A stretch of 62,923 bases of DNA, filler included, from Octopus bimaculoides (GCF_001194135.2; 7 parts of 7 records of this genome joined end to end with filler, not necessarily neighbours in it), one strand, 5' to 3'; shown: positions 24,919 to 38,083, counted from the first letter of the whole stretch. Numbers and translations are program-made. The notes: generated from the letters alone by a model not told the origin.

Positions 24919-25717
24919 GGAAGGTCAGGTATACATCTAATGATGTATAACCCACTTTCCTATACATGAAAACGTTACTCAATTTTGGAGTTTTGGAGAC
25001 GGACGCCCCTTTTCACACACACACACTCATGCACTTATATATTAATGATGTACATAAATACATGGCAGGTATACATAATACTGAAGAACGCATAAAGTAA
25101 GCACATGCAGACAAATATATTAATATAACAAATTTTTAAAAATGAAGAGACAAAGGAAACAGTAAGATGATACATGTTGATTTTATTAGGTATTTCTGTT
25201 TATTTAGAAACCTACAATGAACAAGTCAGACACTAAACTATAAATTTCACAGGGTACAGCCTTAAAATTGACACCATTCCACTAAACGCTGAAAACCTCT
25301 GTAACTTTTTTCTCCATTTTTTTTCCCTTCAACATCATACCTCCAAAGCAATGAGACTGAAAAGCTACATTATTATAGCCGATTTTCAGAATTTTTACTC
25401 CCTTTTAAAAAAATGCATATTTTGCGAATAAAAAATACTAGATCCTAGTTCTTTAGTTTGAAGTCATTTGTGGCAGTTGTTAAGGTGTTGGTTGCCAGGG
25501 TAATGATTTGTAAGATGAACGAAGAACAGTGATCGAACTTGTAAAGAAATATTTATTTACCGTAACTTTGTATAATGCCATATACAAAGTGGCTTGTTAC
25601 TTGTCAAAACGAGTGGGAAATCCTCCACACTAGATGATTGATAAGGAAACACTCCACCCCCTAGGACCTGTACTGGTCGAGGAAAGGTCAGTGCTTTGTT
25701 TAAGGTTGGACCTACAG

Positions 25718-27253
25718 GGATGGTGAGGATTGGCAATGAGTATAGTGAAGAATTCAGGGTTCAAATTGTGGTTCACCAGAGATCAGTGCTCAGACTCCTC
25801 TTCTTCATCATAGTCCTCCAGGCAATAACAGAGAAATTCAAGACAGACTGCCACTGGGAGCTCCTCTATGCTGATAACCTTGCTCTTATAACTGAGTCAC
25901 TATCAGAACAGGAGGAGAAGTTTCAGGTGTGGAAGCAAGGTCTAGAATCAAATGGCCTTACAGTTAACTTAGCAAAACCAAAGTCTTAGTAAATTGGAAA
26001 GCAAACAAATCACAAATCCTCTCAGGTAGATGGCCTTGCCCGATCTGTAGAAAAGGTGTAAGTAGAAACTCCATGAAATGCACCTAGTGTAAGCTTTAGA
26101 CACACAAAAGGTGCAGCAATGTCAGAGGAAGGTTAACAGGGAAACCAGCTTTTGCATGAACAGGTATAATAAATGCTGAAAAATGTGCAGAAAATAGACT
26201 CCATCAACTGCCAGTGGAGTAAGCTAGAGGTAGTAGGTAGCTTCCATTATCTAGGTGACCAAGTTAGTAGTGGAGGTGAATACTCTGAGAGCGTCGCTGT
26301 GAGAATAAGATTCGGCTGGGCAAAGTTCAGAAAATTCCTAACCCTGCTGGCAATAAAGGGCCTCTCTCTCATAGTGAAAGGCAGATTGTTTGATGCCTGT
26401 GTGCAAACAGCTATGCTGCATGGCAGTGAAACATGGGCTATGACATTCGTAGGCTTGAAAGAAATGAAGCCAGTATGCTTCGCTGGATGTGCAATGTCAG
26501 TGTGCATGTTTGACAGAGTCTAAGCATCTTGAGAGAAAAGTTAGGCATTAGAAGCATCAGATGTAGTGTGCAAGAGAGACAACTGTGCTGGTATGGTCAT
26601 GTGATGCGTATAGATGAGGACAACTGTGTAACGAAGTGTCGATCTCTAACTGTAGAAGGAACCTGTGAAAAAGGTAGACCCTGGAAAACATGGGACGAGG
26701 TTGTCAAGCATGATCTTCGAAATTTGAGCCTCACAGAAGCAATGACTAGTGACCAAGACTTTTAGCAATGTGCTGTATCAAGTGCACCCATGCTCCGAGT
26801 GGCACCTTTCGAGCATTGGGCCTGACAAAGGCAAAATGGCTGAGTTCCTTTTGAGGATTGGGCCTCACAGAGGCAAAGTGGTTGAGTTCCTTTCAAGTGT
26901 TGGGCCTCACAGAAGCTTTGACTGAGACCTTTAACATTATGTCATGCTTGAGAAGAAAACCTATCAAGCCAAGCAAAATCACAGTCGTGGCAGATACCGG
27001 TGTCACACAAATTGGCACCCAAGCTAGTGGCACGTAAAAGCAGCCTGGTATCATGCAAATGGAACCCGTGTCGGTGGCATATAAAAGCACCCATTACACA
27101 CTAGGAGTGGTTGATGTTAGGAAGGGCATCCAGCCATAGAAAACCATTCCAAATCATATTGGGGACTGGTGCAGCCTTCCAGCATACCAGCCTGATCAAA
27201 CCGTCCAACCCATGCCAGCATGGACAATGGGTGTTACATGATGATGATGATGA
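25718..27253 (+). mobile_element. 5'-truncated, decayed RTE-clade LINE (RT C-terminal half, 3' UTR and (GAT)n tail)
   Basis: ELLYADNL (YADD motif), FHYLGDQVSSGG, LHGSETWAM, LCWYGHVMR, GRPWKTWDEVVKHDL; stops and frameshifts; tail GATGATGATG. Confidence 0.92.
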
Positions 27254-27479
27254 ATACAGTATATATAAATATAATATAGACATATAATATATATAGATGT
27301 GTGTCTGATAACATGCTTGTCTTTTCCTCAAATGATGCATTAAATCAGGACTGTAAATTTTAAGAAAGTCTTAGAATGATGAAAGAAGTAGTAATGGAAC
27401 CAAAGAAAGCACAAATGTACTTCTGTTGGATAACTTCAGCTTCTCTAATATCAGATGAATTGAAAGCAATATGATTTCA

Positions 27480-28171
27480 GGAATGCTATGCCAAGAACAG
27501 AATCAAGTGGAGTCTCCACTTGACCTCACCAGAAGGATGTTCATGGAAAAAATGATACTGTACTTGACCAGTAGCAACATCTGGTACTTCTCCTTCACCA
27601 TGAACATGGAACTTATCCTCAATGTGAAGTTGTTGCCAATAATTTTCTTAGACCACAACTTAGTACAATGTGTGGTTTACAACTAATTAAAGCTGTATAC
27701 CACATAGGAAGTACCCAAGCCCTATCCTGTCTGAACTTCTATGAAGCTGATTGGAAATCGGTTCAAAATGAGATCCTGATACAAAATTGGCACTAAAGTT
27801 TCTCTATGTGAGTCATTGACATGAAACTCAAAGAATTTATGTCAATAATGCAAGCCATATGCATTTGATTTGTCCTAGAGAGAAAAGCTAATACACACAA
27901 AGACATTATTCCTCAAGATAGGAGAGTCCTTAAAACAAAGAATAAAGATCTCAAATTACTTAAATAAACAATTGAATGACAGTAAGATGCTTCATCTCAA
28001 AAAATCACTTTCAGGCATTGAAAATTAACTCACTTTCCCATGAACAGGAAAGAGAAATCCTAAGGCCTTCTACAAATTTGCAAAAGAATGTGTTTAAGTG
28101 CATTACAAAATAGAGCTGCTGTTTGAAGAAAATGACTCACTAATTGCAGACCCCCGTAAGAATAAGTGAAA
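27480..28171 (+). pseudogene. CR1-like LINE ORF2 remnant, left part (endonuclease end and linker)
   Basis: LDHNLVQC, LNFYEADWKSVQNEI, RNPKAFYKFAK, and RISE at the junction; decayed. Confidence 0.75.
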
Positions 28172-30935
28172 TCTATATCTATAAAATTCATTGTCCGTGT
28201 GTGTCTGTTTGTGTGTGTGTATGTGTGTGTTTCCTTTATGCCCTGCCAATCCGCTAGATCAATCTGTACCAAATTTGGCATGAAGAATTTTCATTACTCG
28301 GGGAAGGTTTTAGGGAGGCCAAATTTTGGCCCTTGCCCATATAGAGGGCTGTAGCCCACCCCCACCCACCATTATTTTTTTTCAGTGGTATAATGCCAAA
28401 TTTGTTATGAAGGTTTTCATTACTCAGGGAAGGTTCAGGGGGGGGGGGCAAATGTTGGCATTTGCCCATATAGGGGGCTGTAGCCCCCGCCCCCCACCAT
28501 ACAACCCTTCTGATTTTTAGTTCAGCAGTAATATTCTTTCAGTTTTGATAACACTAGAATATTGTTTCACTTTTATTCTTCCACTAATCATTTCACTTTT
28601 ATTCTTCCAGTAATCGTTTCACTTTTATTCTTTCACTTTTGACTTCCAATTTTTGTTTTTTAGCAGGATAAAATTGTTTCACTTTTAAACTAATTTTAGC
28701 CCTTGCCCCATATAGGGGGCTGCAGCTGCCACCTATATGAACCTTCCAATTTTTTTTTTTTTTTAGCAGATTCATATGTCTTCGATGATGGACATTCCAA
28801 ATATGCAAAAAACTGTTTTCAAAATTTTAAATTCCCCACCTCACCCTAAATTTTAAATTTTTAACTTTTTTAATTTCAATCTACATGGTAAAATATGGTG
28901 ATTAAGAATATGAAAAAATAATTTTTAATTTTAAATTTTCTATGAAAAACTCCAAAATTGATCCACACACCCCTCACCATCCCATCCCCTTGTCTAAAAT
29001 TGAAAAGGAACTGCTAAAAATAACAGCTAAATGTTTGGAAATATTCTGTGTTTGTATGCACGCACGCAACAAATTCTACAGAATGAGCAGAGAAAATACA
29101 CAGAAATATGTTTTATGTACCTTTCGTATGCATCGGTTTTGTTTTTTCGCTTTAAAGGAAAACGATTCTGATACAAGCAAACACAATATTGAATAATTCT
29201 CCATCATATGTTTACGACTCTGTTTTTTTAAATAAAGATAAACATTTTTAATTGGGATAATGAAACAAGAAGCTTAAAGAAAAAGAAACTGTAAGGTTTC
29301 TAAATAATGAAAGGTCTTCATACAGACACACGCTTATACACTGTAAGATATCTTTCAATTTATACAATAAACTTTATAAATTTTAAAGTTCAATATTCCC
29401 GTGACATAAGTTAGAGATATTGACATGAGTTATTCAAATAATTGTTCGTGGAATGGACCTAATAAAATTAGCTAGAGTACGCTTGATATTTCATATTTAA
29501 ATCCGATGTGACTATTTCTACTTGGATATTTTTCTTACCTCAGATTCGAAATCAAATCTACAATTTCCCCCTAGCCATACGGCCTATTGTTCTGTCAAGG
29601 AGTAACACAGATTTATGTGTTCTCCACTTCACTCATTCTTTTCTATGCCATGAAAAGTTGAAATAGATAATGAGTGACCTACATTAATTTATCCATTGCT
29701 AGAGGGGTATACCTCTTTTTCTACCTTCTCTGTGTAAGCACGGTATCTATAAAAATCATTGTGTGTGTGTGTGTGAGTTTCCTCTATGCACAACCAAACC
29801 ACTGGATCAATCTGTACCAAATTTGGCATGAAGGTCTTTCATTACTCAGGGAAGGTTCTGGGGGATAAATTTTGGCCCTTGCCCCNNNNNNNNNNNNNNN
29901 NNNNNNNNNNNNNNNNNNNNNNNNNNNNNNNNNNNNNNNNNNNNNNNNNNNNNNNNNNNNNNNNNNNNNNNNNNNNNNNNNNNNNNNNNNNNNNNNNNNN
30001 NNNNNNNNNNNNNNNNNNNNNNNNNNNNNNNNNNNNNNNNNNNNNNNNNNNNNNNNNNNNNNNNNNNNNNNNNNNNNNNNNNNNNNNNNNNNNNNNNNNN
30101 NNNNNNNNNNNNNNNNNNNNNNNNTTTTTTTTTTTTTTTTTTTTTCAATCTACGTAGGAAAATACAGATATTAAGAATATGGAAAAAACATTTTAATTTC
30201 AAATTTTCTATGAAGAACTCTAAAATTGATCCACACACCCTTCGCCACCCCATCCCGTTGTCTAAAATTGAAAATCTATATCTGTAAAATTCATTGTCTG
30301 TGTGTGTGTGTGCGAATGAACAGTGCGATTGAACAGAGAAAGTACACAGAAATATGCTTTATATACCTGTCACATACGAAGGTCTTGTTTTTTCACTTCA
30401 AAGGTAAATGATTCTGATAGAAGCAAACACGATATTGAATAATTCTCCGTCATACATCTACAACCCTCACCTCTTTTTTTTTTTTTTGTTGAAAGTAAAG
30501 ATAAATGCTTTTTAATTGTGATAATGAAACAATGGGTTTAGTCCTTATCATCAAAATTAATTTCTCTTGCAAAAGTGAGGGTGGCATTTTCTCTCTTTTC
30601 AATATCTAATTAGGAAAGAGAATATGTTGTTACCAAAAACACTGGAATTAATCCAACGAATTGACAGCAAGGTACATAAAAGTACTTTTCTAAACAAAAT
30701 TTCTGTGTATGGGCTTGTCGTGCATGCATTCACACCAATACTTTCACACAAAGGTTGGTTGCTGATAAAGTGACTGGATAAAAATTTGGTAAATATTTAC
30801 AATAACACCATACTCGCTAAATACTAACCCTAACTGTAACCCTAAACCATGCGTTTGTTTACAGCAGGGCCAGCATTAAGACCTTGCAACCCCTGCTGTG
30901 AGTGATGGCATGTTGTTATGTATGTGTAAGTGGCA

Positions 30936-30974
<39 letters not shown>

Positions 30975-32627
30975 ACGCACACACACATACATACAAAAAG
31001 ATGTATGCATACGTATTTATGTATGTACCTGTATAGGAAAGATAGTGCATGTGTGAGAGAGTGAGTACCACTTACATATACATGACAACACACACCTTCA
31101 CTCAGTCACTCTCTCTCTCTCCCATACCATGCAAAAAAGATGTATGCATGTACATGTATATGAAAGATGTGTGTATGTGACAGAGAGAGAGAGAGTGCCA
31201 CTTACACATGCAAAAAATATACATGACAACACACACCTTCACTCACTCAATCCTTCTCTCTCTCTCTCTCTCTCTCTCTCGCTCTTTCTTTCTCTCACAC
31301 ACACATACATATACACACACACACACTTTAATTTTATATACACATACATACATCTTTCACTTTTTCTCTCTTTCACTTTCTGCTCTCACATCAAAGCAAA
31401 TGTCACCTTCCAAAGAGAGTAAAGAAATTTAAAAAATTCACGGAAATTCACAAACAATCATATGATTGAGTTTGACAACTCTGCTGTTTGTAATGGAAGA
31501 ATACCGCTTCCATAAAGGTCTAAATGTCATACATGTACATATTAGACATTGGAAATTGTTACGGGCAATGTTATGCATCCTACAGGAGCCAAGCTAACTT
31601 AATTTCTCTTGCGAAAGAGAGGGAGGCATTTTCTCTCTTTTTAAATATTTAATTCAAGAGAGAATATGTTATTACCAAAAACGTTAAAACTTTACTAACA
31701 TGATCGATCTGTCACTGAACCAGGATTATGATTTCATTTGATACACACTTTGCTGTCATTTATATGGAGAATTGCAACAGTAGCACAAGTTCTCCAGAGG
31801 TGAGATGGTACCAAATGTCAATGATCTCAAAATGCACAAAACTTTAGTAACAGTCAATGGCTATGTGAGCGAGCCATCTTCACTCCACATAATGATGCTG
31901 TTGACAAAATCAATTGGGATCTCTTGCAGTTGTTGCCAGGATGAGAGCAGTCTATCAAATCCATTAGCACTGTCATTGATCAGGACCAAGCTGTAGTTTT
32001 TTCAACTGAGTTCCTGAACTTTCTACAGCCATCTGGAATGCCACCACACAACTTAACACTTAAAAAGGGGGCCCCAAACATGCTGCTCAAGAATCTGGAC
32101 ACACCTCGCTCGAGCAATGGTACCAGACTGGTGGTGAAAGCAATGCAACCCCATGTCCTAGAAGCAGCAATTATCACTAGGAAATATAAGGGTGAGAATG
32201 TATTCATTCCACGGATCCCATTAATCCTATCTGACCTCCCTTTTCAATTTAAACGGCTCCTGTTCCCAGTGAAACTAAGTTTTGTTATGTCCATAAGCAA
32301 ATCTCAAGGATAATCTCTCAAGGTTGTTGGACTTAACTTTGCTTCTACTTGCTTCTCTCATGGGTCATTATATGTAGGATATTCGCGAGTTGGAAGTCCC
32401 AAAACTCTTTTCATTTGTACCCCAATTAAAGGACACACTGAAAACATTGTATATTTAGAAGTTCTACAAAATTGAGTTGTGACTGATTTCAGGATTTGTT
32501 TTAATAACTGTTCATACTTACGTCATCTGATAGAATTTTCCTGAAAATTTATTTTTTATCAGAGTAAATATATTTATTTCCTTTAACATTCTTTAAACTT
32601 CCGAGCAATGCCAGGTACTTAGGCTTG
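28172..32627 (+). mobile_element. Non-autonomous composite Helitron, 4456 bp
   Basis: 5' TCTATATCTATAAAA; subterminal CCGAGCAATGCCAGG hairpin remnant; 3' CTTG; sits between A and T with no TSD; carries a helicase remnant. Confidence 0.85.
31858..32475 (+). pseudogene. C-terminal PIF1-like helicase of Helitron RepHel
   Basis: WLCERAIFTPHN...PSGMPPHNLTLKKGAP...NGTRL...FIPRIPL...SISKSQG*SL...SHGSLYVGYSRV...ENIVYLEVL; one frame with two internal stops. Confidence 0.92.
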
Positions 32628-32945
32628 TACTAAATAAACAATTCCAAGGTGTTTTCACATCCCTACTGGAAAATGAGCAAGTAAATAAGCCTCATGAGTT
32701 CTTCAACATTACAGATCCACCCTAGAAGAGGCAACCATCAATTACATTGATATAAAAGAAGTGGATATAATACCAGCCATTGATTAGATGAACTCAACAA
32801 CAGGCCTTTTAAAGAAAAGCAAGAAGGCTCTCCCAGAATGTTAAAAGAAGGTATCATATTTTCTGTCCACAATGGAAGAAGCAGAACAGATACTAAGAAT
32901 TATAGGCCTATCTCTCTGATCTCACATGTCAGCAAAGTCATTGTG
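32628..32945 (+). pseudogene. CR1-like LINE ORF2 remnant, right part (start of RT)
   Basis: ILNKQFQGVFTS continues the frame broken at 28171; later NYRPISLISHVSKVI. Confidence 0.8.
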
Positions 32946-32949
32946 TCAA

Positions 32950-33195
32950 GATGGTATAAGAAACTTTGTTGCAACCAACATTAAGAGGCTTAGGGGTGCA
33001 AAGCAAAGGAGAAAAGCAACTGCAAATATACCACCTGCACTGACATGTAATCTTCATACTTGCAATATCTATGGGCTTCTTTGCAAATCACTGGCAGTAC
33101 TCAAATGTCACATTCGACATAAGCATTGTAACTGACAAAGAAAGAATAGGTTGTCAGATCCTCAGAGTCAAAATCAACGGGGAAGTCTATCATCA
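32950..33195 (+). mobile_element. 3' end of another RTE-like LINE with C-terminal zinc-finger-like motif
   Basis: KQRRKATANIPPALTC..C...LLCKSLAVLKCHIRHKH*, followed by a short UTR and CATCAT. Confidence 0.5.
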
Positions 33196-33599
33196 TATAT
33201 ATGTACGTATGTATGTATGTATTATTACATGTATTTTATATATAAAATACAATGTAATATGTATATATATATTATGTGTGTGTGTATATATAAATGCATG
33301 TATGTATGTATTACATGTATTTTATTAAATATAAAATACATGTAATATGTAATATCATATGTGTGTTTTGTGGAAGGATGCTGACTACCCCTCACCACCA
33401 CCACCAAGTGACCAAAATTGAACTGACACATTGCTATAAAATGAAGAACTGTCAGAGTCGAAGATTTTTTGTACATTTTGGTGAGCTGAAGGTTGATTAT
33501 TGTTTGAAGTTGTTGTTTGGAATTGCTGTTATTTGAATAGTTAGTTGTTTTGTGCTGCTTTGATAGCAGTTTCAAGTTGTGCTTTCTCTCGATAAAATC

Positions 33600-34947
33600 G
33601 AGAGGTGGCTATGGCAAAAAGAAGTTTTATTCGGACCTTAGTGGTTCCAAGTTGTCCTCTTTGGAGGAGGAACTGGTTCGTGCAGTCGGAAAAATGGATA
33701 AAATTCTAGAAAAGAAAAGTTTTGCAGAGACAACGGAAGTGAAGAAAAAGGAGGTAGACCTCTCAAATATTGGAAGATATGAAAAAATGACAACTAGAGT
33801 AGGTGGTGACGTTAAGTTAGAGTAGGTGGTGTCACCACCCCAGAAGAAAATGAAAGAAATTGACAGGAAGACAGTGGTATACAAGGTTAACTCAGTGGAG
33901 AAAAGAAAAACTGAGCACGTAGAAGAAGGAATTATAGAAAAGGCATTGTGCTCAGACTGGTCAGACATCACATATCTGGCCAGAGGGAATTAATTTGGAA
34001 CCGTTATAGTCCAGTACAAGACGGAGGACAAATCAAGAGAGAGTGCGACAAACACAATAAAAATGGACAAAGTGGTCCTTCTACTGACTTATATGGGAAG
34101 AAAGACTTCAAAGATAAGGGTGGAGGGAATTCCACCGGAAATTGATGTGGCTTGGGTCATGGTGGCTGTTCTCCTGGGAAGCAGAGAAGAAGTAGCCATC
34201 CTCCAAGCCACAAAGACAGAAGGCTCAGTTTGGAAAGGACAAACAGTGGATCTGATTGTACAGGCTGCAATGGAGACACTTGAAAATCTAGCAGAGACGG
34301 TGTCAATCGGAGATCTGGTGTTAAAAGTGTGGGTGGAGGGTAGGACTCCTCGTTTTAAATGTGGACAAAAAGGCCACATTAGAGCACACTACCCTCTGCA
34401 AAAGCAGATAATGGAAAGGATGCCGGAAAAGAAGCAAGAGGAGGAAAAGGAAAGAGAGGAAGAATGGAAAATTACAGAAGGAAAAAGGAAGAGAAAAAAG
34501 AAACAGTATGATGCGGAACCCCAAATTTTACTCACCCCACCCATACCCTCTGAGACCCACCCCCTCTCTACAGACACCAAACCCATCCACCCCTCCTACA
34601 CAAGCCAAAAAGGAAAAGAAACGCATTCACAACAAAGTACAAAAAATTCCCCTCCCCGTGAAGTGAATTACGTTTGCATACTGATGGATGGTGACAAACT
34701 GGAGCTAATTCAGAAATTAACAAGTTGGAAATCGGCAAGATTTGTTCGTACAGAAGGCTATCCGAACACAATAGGGTGGCACATGTGTGTGCTGATTTCG
34801 GAAAAACAGATGGAAAAAAAATGCAAAAGGGGTGTTAAGTTGTGGAAAATAAATGTAGACATTCAAAAAATACTGGACAACATAGAATGTGAGGAACTGT
34901 TGGAGAAATATGGTATTGATGTGATAAAAGGACTCCCAAGGAAGTAA
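33600..34947 (+). pseudogene. LINE ORF1-like gene (RRM-like region, degenerate CCHC knuckle, extra C-terminal domain); no ORF2 follows
   Basis: ORFs 33550-33825 and 34063-34947 share one frame separated by stops at 33823 and 33991; KIRVEGIPPEID; PRFKCGQKGHIRAHYP. Confidence 0.7.
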
Positions 34948-35253
34948 GGGATGCTGCTTGAGGTGGGGCAGGTATCTTATTTTCATTTTTCCATTTCATT
35001 TTTCATTCATATTATCATATCTATAATTTTATTTGAATTTTATTTGAATTTTGTGTTATATGTCCCCACATGTGCTTGTCTTGTCCCCTCTGTGTTGGCC
35101 CCTTGTGGGCAATAAAGAAACAGGTAAGTAGTTCACTGTGAGCCATTGGCAGAGAGCATTTAACCTTGTGTAGCAGTAAGTATAGTGCATCATGTGAATA
35201 CTTTCCCTCCTCCTACTTCGCCAAATTATATATCCAACACCAGGATATAAAAG

Positions 35254-36708
35254 TGGCGATAAGATATTCGAAGCTGGTGTTGGACATTGAAATTTTTTTC
35301 CATATGAAACCAAACAAAATATCATTTTAATATGGAAGACTTATTAACCTCCGTGGTGCAGTTGCAATAACAACAGCTGCTGTAACAGCAACTACAACAG
35401 CAACAGCAACAAAACTAACAGCTGCTGGAATTAATGTTGAAGAAGTCAGAAAATACTGCAGATTCTTACTCACCAGACAGCATAACAAATTCAATTGAAG
35501 AATTCAGCTATAAACCAGAAGGGATTACTTTCTCTGCATATTTTCAAAGATACAAAGAAATGGATGCGAAAAAAGTACAACTACTTTTAAGAAAGTTATC
35601 CCCTGCCAAGCATGAAAAATATCGTAACTATATTCTTCCGAAGAAACGAGGTGAGATTTGTTTCGATGAAACAAGTTTATTTTATGGAAAATTTCTAGTG
35701 AAAGAAGTTTCCTGTTCAATGCTCACTGCCAATGTTTAAATTTGGTAAAAAAAATGAAGATTTCGTCACCTATGCTGGAGTTGTTAACAAAGGTGAAAAA
35801 TTCGAATTAAATGAATTTGCCCTGGACATGTTCAAATGTCTAATTTTTGCTCAAGATCTAACTGCAAAGATGCAGATATACGTTCCCAGATGTCAACAAA
35901 ATTAGAACAGAACCAAAAATTAACTCTCCAGGCAGTAGCAGAAGAATGCCAGAGGATTATAAATTTAAGGCATGGCGCAGATAAAGTTGAAAGAAAAGAT
36001 TGTTCTCATATTTATGTATGTCAACTGGTAATGGATAAGAATAAAAAGAAAAAATGTCAAGTCCGAATCCATGTTATGGGTACAGTGGTCTATATTTTAA
36101 AAGTAGTTGTCCATTCAAAAATATAAAATACTTTGAGTGTGGTAAGATAGGTCATAAAAAATCACATTAGAAAATAAAACCTGAAAAACGGTTCAACAGA
36201 AAAAATAAAGTAAACAGGTTATCATCGGTGACAAGAAATACGAATGAGCCTGAAAGGAAAAAGTTACAATTGGATACAGGCAGTGAAATCTCGACAATTA
36301 ACACAGATACATGGAAAAATATCAGGAGACCTAGATTAAGAGAAATTTCGAAAATTGCACATGGTGTTTCAGGAAAAAAATTACATTTTAAGGGCAAAAT
36401 ATTACGAGACATTACAGCGTTACAACAGATAAACAGAGTTAGAGAGACAAGAAAAAATTGGAGTTATTCAAAAAGTGGAATATAGTCAATGGTCATCCCC
36501 AACTGTGTACGTTAAGAAAAGAATAATAAAATCAGAGAGTGTGTTGCTTTTACCACTGGTTTAAAGGAATGTCTTAAAATGTTCCACCATCTGCAACAAA
36601 CTCCAGAGGACATATTTGCAAAATTAAACGGTGGCAAGATATTTTCTAAATTGGATCTCTCTGGCACATACCTACAAATTAAAGTAGATGATGAATGCTC
36701 TAAATACC
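35254..36708 (+). mobile_element. Decayed Ty3/Gypsy LTR retrotransposon (PBS, gag, protease, RT start)
   Basis: PBS-like TGGCGATAAG at 35254; gag LLLRKLSPAKHEKY and a CFECGKIGH-like knuckle; protease LQLDTGSEIS; RT SQWSSPTV and FSKLDLSGTYLQI; broken by (TA)n. Confidence 0.9.
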
Positions 36709-36898
36709 TATATATATATATATATATATAATATGTAACTTCCCGAGATGGTCGTGACTTCTGGGACTTGACTGATGAAAGAAAACCAAGAATGACCCAT
36801 CTTTTTTTGCCTGTTCTTCTCACTGTTGTTTCTCTTGTTCACCTTCGTGTCATCTATCTGTCCGAACATTTTAATGCCCTCTATTGCATTTTTGATCC

Positions 36899-36942
<44 letters not shown>

Positions 36943-37244
36943 CAAACAAAGCAACACGGATTTTAAAGATGACTGCAGTACGCANNNNNNNNNNNNNNNN
37001 NNNNNNNNNNNNNNNNNNNNNNNNNNNNNNNNNNNNNNNNNNNNNNNNNNNNNNNNNNNNNNNNNNNNNNNNNNNNNNNNNNNNNNNNNNNNNNNNNNNN
37101 NNNNNNNNNNNNNNNNNNNNNNNNNNNNNNNNNNNNNNNNNNNNNNNNNNNNNNNNNNNNNNNNNNNNNNNNNNNNNNNNNNNNNNNNNNNNNNNNNNNN
37201 NNNNNNNNNNNNNNNNNNNNNNNNNNNNNNNNNNNNNNNNNNNN

Positions 37245-37294
37245 GTCTATTAAGACCTAAAAAGTTCTTGAGAACTTTTTAGGTCTTAATAGAC
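37245..37294. repeat. Perfect palindrome, 24-bp arms with 2-nt loop, abutting a gap
   Basis: GTCTATTAAGACCTAAAAAGTTCT-TG-AGAACTTTTTAGGTCTTAATAGAC. Confidence 0.95.
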
Positions 37295-38045
37295 ACAAAA
37301 TGTGATCTATTTCTAGCGCATTAATTGTCCACGTTAGTGGTCGACATTATTTTTAAAATGTACCTTAATCCCCTGAGATTGCAGATAATATTTCTGAATC
37401 TCTTTGATTCTTTAAATGTGCTGGCCCCCTGATAATTAATCGATATTAATTAATATATTAATGTATGAATAATTACCAGATCTTATAATAATAATATATA
37501 TATATATATAATAGACCAAAATTCAAGTGAATCAGGCACTTAAATGGTAAGACACCAGGTCGGGTCAAAAATTAAAATGTGTACACACCAAAAATAGAGG
37601 TATACGTGCACAAAAGTGCAGGCAGAAATATTTTCAGGTTATGTATGCGATTAACTATACCTGGCTGAGTATATCAATAGCCTCGAGACTAATCAAGAAA
37701 TGCACATTGAACTAAATGTACAGTCCATAATATACACAAGGAACAGGTTCCAAGAGAGGTGAATAATAAATAAATAAATAACAGATGTATAATATGTCAA
37801 TTCACATTATCCATTTGTTGTTATGTATTTATATATTTATATATTATTTAATAAGCACAATATATGTATTGTGTGTTACTATCAGTTTCATGGATGTAGA
37901 GCATGCCACATGAAACTAATAGTTGCATATAAAAAAATATTTTGTGTTTATTAAATAACATTTATCTCTCACCAGATAGAGTACGTTTTCTGTTTATCTT
38001 ACTATCACAGAACAGTACATTATGTATAAATATGAACACACACAT

Positions 38046-38081
<36 letters not shown>

Positions 38082-38083
<2 letters not shown>

